Of a stretch of DNA of 64,000 nt, positions 59,955 to 64,000 are shown piece by piece. Under the pieces are notes generated by a model. The model was not told the DNA's origin. It saw nothing but the letters and a program-made list of their open reading frames with translations, and ran no database searches. A program made the position numbers and the translations under genes. Source of the DNA: Eledone cirrhosa (lineage: Eukaryota); assembly GCA_964016885.1 (NCBI GenBank), contig OZ024743.1, positions 122,574,001 to 122,638,000 on the forward strand, given 5' to 3'. Numbering within the stretch: position 1 is the stretch's first letter; each line of letters opens with the position of its first letter.

Positions 59955-62900
59955 ATCTCAGACAGGCCTGGTTGACGTCACTTCCACACCTGTAAGTTAC
60001 GAACCGGCAACGCTCTCCGGTAGCACTGCCAGGCCAGGGATTCCTGGAAATTATCCATAGAGTTTCCGCAAGAAAGTTGTCGCTTTTACGTATCACTAAC
60101 CCTCTATAGAACGCCAAGGTGGAGTTTCCACCGATCATAGTGCCCTGATAGGCTGAGAGCTGTGAGCGCTGAAGACATTCTAGCCTCCAAGCGCTCCCCT
60201 TCGGTCTCCGCTTGACCCAGGACTTCATGTAAAGCTGGAGATGTTGTAGCCTCAGCACTTGACTGTGCATAATCAGCCAAAACATACCCAGTCCTCCACG
60301 CAGCGCGTGTTGACAGCAGATGGAGCGCCATACCAGTGGAACTTCTACCTCCCTCAAGAAGTTGAAGATCAGGCGCTCCAATTTGGTGAGGCACCCAACT
60401 TTAAGGGATAGTTTCCTCTCGTCTCATTTTTGGGTGAGAGTGGCCACCTGCTCATTACCTTGTCCGGATCAAATCAGACCCCGAACAATTTAACCGACGT
60501 GTACATCCAGCGTCTAACAACGTTGTTGAACGGCATGGACCAGAAGACGCGACCAAAGTCGGCTGTTTTCAGGACCGCCTCAAGATAGCGATGGTCGACC
60601 CTATCGAATGCTTTCGAGTAATCTGAGTTGATCAGGGCCCCATCTGTGCCAGGTTCTTTAGCTACCCACTCCATCATGTATCAATGAGGCAGAGGTCGTG
60701 GATAGATCTGTTTGGAATGGCGCATGTCTGCGCCTCGCTCATCAGACGCCCGACGATAAGCACCAACCTCGTCGCTAATACCTTGGCCAAAATGTTTGAA
60801 CTCTACGTCCAGCGGAGTTATGGGCTTGAAATTATCTATGTAGTCTCCCTTGTTCGGGTCCTTTCTCAGCAGATTTACCATTACTCGGCTCACAGAACTG
60901 GGAACTCTCCCATTGTGCTGCTATTTGTAGTAGACATCTGTCAAAAGGTCGCCGAACAAGTCTAGCATGTGAACGTAAAATTCGTAGAACAGACCATCCA
61001 AACCAGTTGATTTATCCTTCTTGCAGTTAGTCATTGCATCCCATATTTCAGAGGCTGTTATGGGTCTTTAGCAGCAGTCAGCCTCCGTCATCGGAGTAGA
61101 GACTGAAGTCCATTCCGTGACCCGGCCCGTCACTGCTTCCGAACAGTCGAGCAAAATGCTTCTGAAAGACCGCACACATCTGCTTGTGCAGATCATGCCT
61201 TTCGCTGCTTGTCACATTCATCACCTTCAGTTTACCTTCTGGGTTCAAGTAAATGGCCGGTTTCGCGAGTTCCAGACCTCTCCTAAATAACACAGCTACT
61301 CCACCTCTAGATTCAGGACGGCTTGGAGATGCATACATATCGTAGCCGCCGAAAATGGGTGCGAAGGTTTGTGCCTCGGAGATTCTCGTCTCGCTGACGG
61401 CCAAAATATGTTCAGTGACCTGAGGTCGTTGAGCAGGTGACCCTGCTTCCAAAGCGAGCCCAGGCCACGTGCATTCATACTGCTTATTCTGACAGAGGCC
61501 ATGGTGAATGAAATAGGAAACAAGTGAGAGGAAGGACTTACCCCTTACTTTCTGGTGGAGGGTTGGTTGCTTCGTCCGTCATGCTAGTTATGGCCTTTTC
61601 CACAAGGATATCGCTGTATATTTTTCTGGAGAATTTTTCTTGGAAGTCTCTAATTTATTTAGGGACTTCTGTGTGTATTTCTGTTATTTTTATATGTATG
61701 GGCGGTGTGAAATTGTTTGGGTGTTTTCTAATTTTTTCTGTAATGCTGGTGTCGTGATGTTGTTTTTGTTTATTGCTGCATAGTGCATGATAGTTGTATC
61801 GTTTCGTTGGATTTGATTTTGTTGTTGCGGATGTGGATTTGTTTTTGTTTGGCGTGATGTTGGTGTTGATGGCGTTGGTGGTGGGGTTGATGATGGTGAC
61901 GATGTTGGTAGTGCCAGCGGTGAGGCTGATGAAAATGATGATTGTGGTGATGGTGGCGTTGACTTTTGTTTGTTTGTTTCGCCCTCTTTTTGTAGGTCGA
62001 AAGGGGAGCTCTTTCTTTTTTTTCCTGAGGGTTTTCCACTCTTCATCCTCGTCACAATCTGTGGCATCGAGGAGGGATATATCTTCCATAGGCGTTGGTG
62101 TTGCAGTTAAGGGTGGAGTTGGGGGCCTTGTTGTTGCCGTTGTTGGTGGTGATGCTGATAATTTTGCTACAACTGAGGCGCTGCATGAAATCCGCCACGA
62201 GAAGGAGAGAGGGCCTCGTCCTTGCCTTTGTTTGTTGTGGGCAGAAAGCTTTTAAGTGTTTTTTCTCCACACGGATGTGGCACTTTGGCCTTCTACCCTC
62301 GACGGTCACATTGAGGTGGGAACCATCGTCGACGTTTATGATATCAGGGATGGCCTCTATATTTTCCTGGACCGTTTGGATCAGTATCTCCATTCCTGAT
62401 TTAGACCAGTTTTCCGTCTTCAGTCAGAGTATCGCCAAAATTGTACTTTCCTCGGTGTCGGCGAGGACAGCCGCCATCAGCCAAGGTATGGCTATTACAG
62501 GTAGAACATGGGTCACTCGGATTTTGACCAGTTTTTGGTCACAATAGTTTGGCACCAAAGTGAGCTCGTCGCTCTTCAGTGGTGTCATGGAATATGCCCT
62601 GGCTTCCTATGGGAAAGAGAACGTCCACAGTTACATATTTTTTTCCACGGACTATGTTGTGTTTTTTGTGTCTCCAAACAGCATCGAAAGCCTTCTGTAT
62701 TTGGGAGTCGGACACCCGCGCTACCTGGAGAGTTTTTACACAAATTGTACGGTATGACACCGTACAAAGAAATCGGTTTTCCGTGACGTCAGATGTAAGC
62801 TGACTTTGTAGCCATTCTTTTTCACTATCAGCCTGGCCTCCTTTATCTCGACATCGCTTACCGAGATCGTTTCATCTTTGTTGGCAGCTCTGACGAAGGA

Positions 62901-63285
62901 GACCTTTGGTTTTAGGGTTTTAGTTTATTTTGAAGCCGCATCATCGCTGCTGCTGCAGTTGCTGTTCTTGTTGCTTCTGTTGTTGTCGCTGTTGCTGCTG
63001 CTGTTGCCATCGCCGCTGCTAATGTTGTTGGTGGAGCTGTTACTGGTGCTGATGGTGTCGCTGTTGCTATTGTTGTCCGTGTTATTATTGTGTTTGTTGC
63101 TGTTATTTTTATTTACTTCTGTTATATTTTTCGTTCCTACTGTTGTTGCTGTGATGGTGGTGATGGTGGTGGTGGTGGTGGTGGTGTTTGCAATACAGTT
63201 GTTATTCATTTCTTTTTTTTTTATAGTTACTTTTCTGTTGCGGCGGTGGTAAAGAGGGAAAACTATTTTCATACTTATTCCGTAC
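59955..63285 (-). mobile_element. Old, multiply deleted Tx1-like LINE (divergent subfamily, ORF1 B-like)
   Basis: Fragments MASVRISSMNARGLGS, KAFDRVDHRYL, RSICCQH, VSYRTI, VEGRRPKC in the same order as the intact copies. Confidence 0.9.
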
Positions 63286-63289
63286 TAAG

Positions 63290-63600
63290 CGATACGTCCT
63301 GAATATCTGAGGGTGCAGGTAGCGGCCTGATATTCATTTGAACAAACCTTCCAGATAAATAACTGTTTCTACTGTAGGCACAAGGCCAGCAAATTACCCA
63401 GTGCATTACTGGTACTTTATTTTATCGACCCCGTAAGGATGAAAGGCAAAGTCAACCTCGGCGGGATTTGAACTCAGATCGTAAAGGGACGTAACTATGG
63501 TGGAAAGCATGGCGTCCGACTCTCTACCGATACTGCCAATCCAACTTCCAGATAAATAACATTAATGACTGAGACTCCAAGAATAATAACAACATTAATA
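63290..63600 (+). mobile_element. 3' end of R4/Dong-like family B interrupted by a SINE
   Basis: CGATACGTCCTGAATATCTGAGG...AATGACTGAGA matches 29826-29919; AATAATAAC tail. Confidence 0.85.
63364..63544 (-). mobile_element. SINE family 1 with 16-bp TSD
   Basis: CTTCCAGATAAATAAC at 63348-63363 and 63545-63560. Confidence 0.9.
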
Positions 63601-63720
63601 ATAAAAATATAAATGTTCTCCGAAATCGATTCCTTAATGTATGACTGTGTTCAAAGGTAAACCAAAGTAAAAGGGTTTAATTTGCAGAATGTAAAAATAT
63701 TCTCTAAACAAAAATGATTT

Positions 63721-63772
<52 letters not shown>

Positions 63773-63817
63773 GTGCCCCAGCATGGCCTCAGCTGGATGG
63801 CTGAAACAGGTAAAAGA

Positions 63818-63853
<36 letters not shown>

Positions 63854-64000
63854 TGGAATAAATGCTCTGAAATAGCGATATATATGTGAATATAGACATA
63901 GAATATTCGAAAATATTCTGTATGTTTATAATAAACATTTTGAAGACCTAATCGCTATAGAATAGAATACGTCACGTATTACAATTAGATTCTCGATAAA

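Overview
AT-rich, microsatellite-laden eukaryotic DNA; the repeat vocabulary suggests an octopus/cephalopod genome (inference). No host gene can be supported. 2.9-33.3 kb is a pile-up of non-LTR retrotransposons in (AAT)n repeats: Tx1/L1-clade elements (CCHC ORF1 plus APE-RT-zinc finger ORF2; one fully intact, one with intact ORF2 but a different ORF1/5'UTR) on the minus strand, alternating with R4/Dong-type RLE elements on the plus strand. The rest holds Penelope-like (PLE) relics, several short non-coding repeats carrying type I hammerhead ribozyme folds, SINEs, a Helitron-like element, a MITE, RTE fragments and a decayed Tx1. Best leads: (1) hammerhead-bearing mini-elements whose repeat boundaries fall at the predicted cleavage site, plus a 486-nt retrozyme-like unit; (2) a conserved 52-53 nt GT-AG intron-like segment that would fuse Tx1 ORF1 to ORF2 in frame; (3) a SINE whose 3' terminus matches the Tx1 3' terminus; (4) ORF1/5'UTR swapping on a near-identical ORF2. 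All folds and alignments were done by eye and need computational confirmation.
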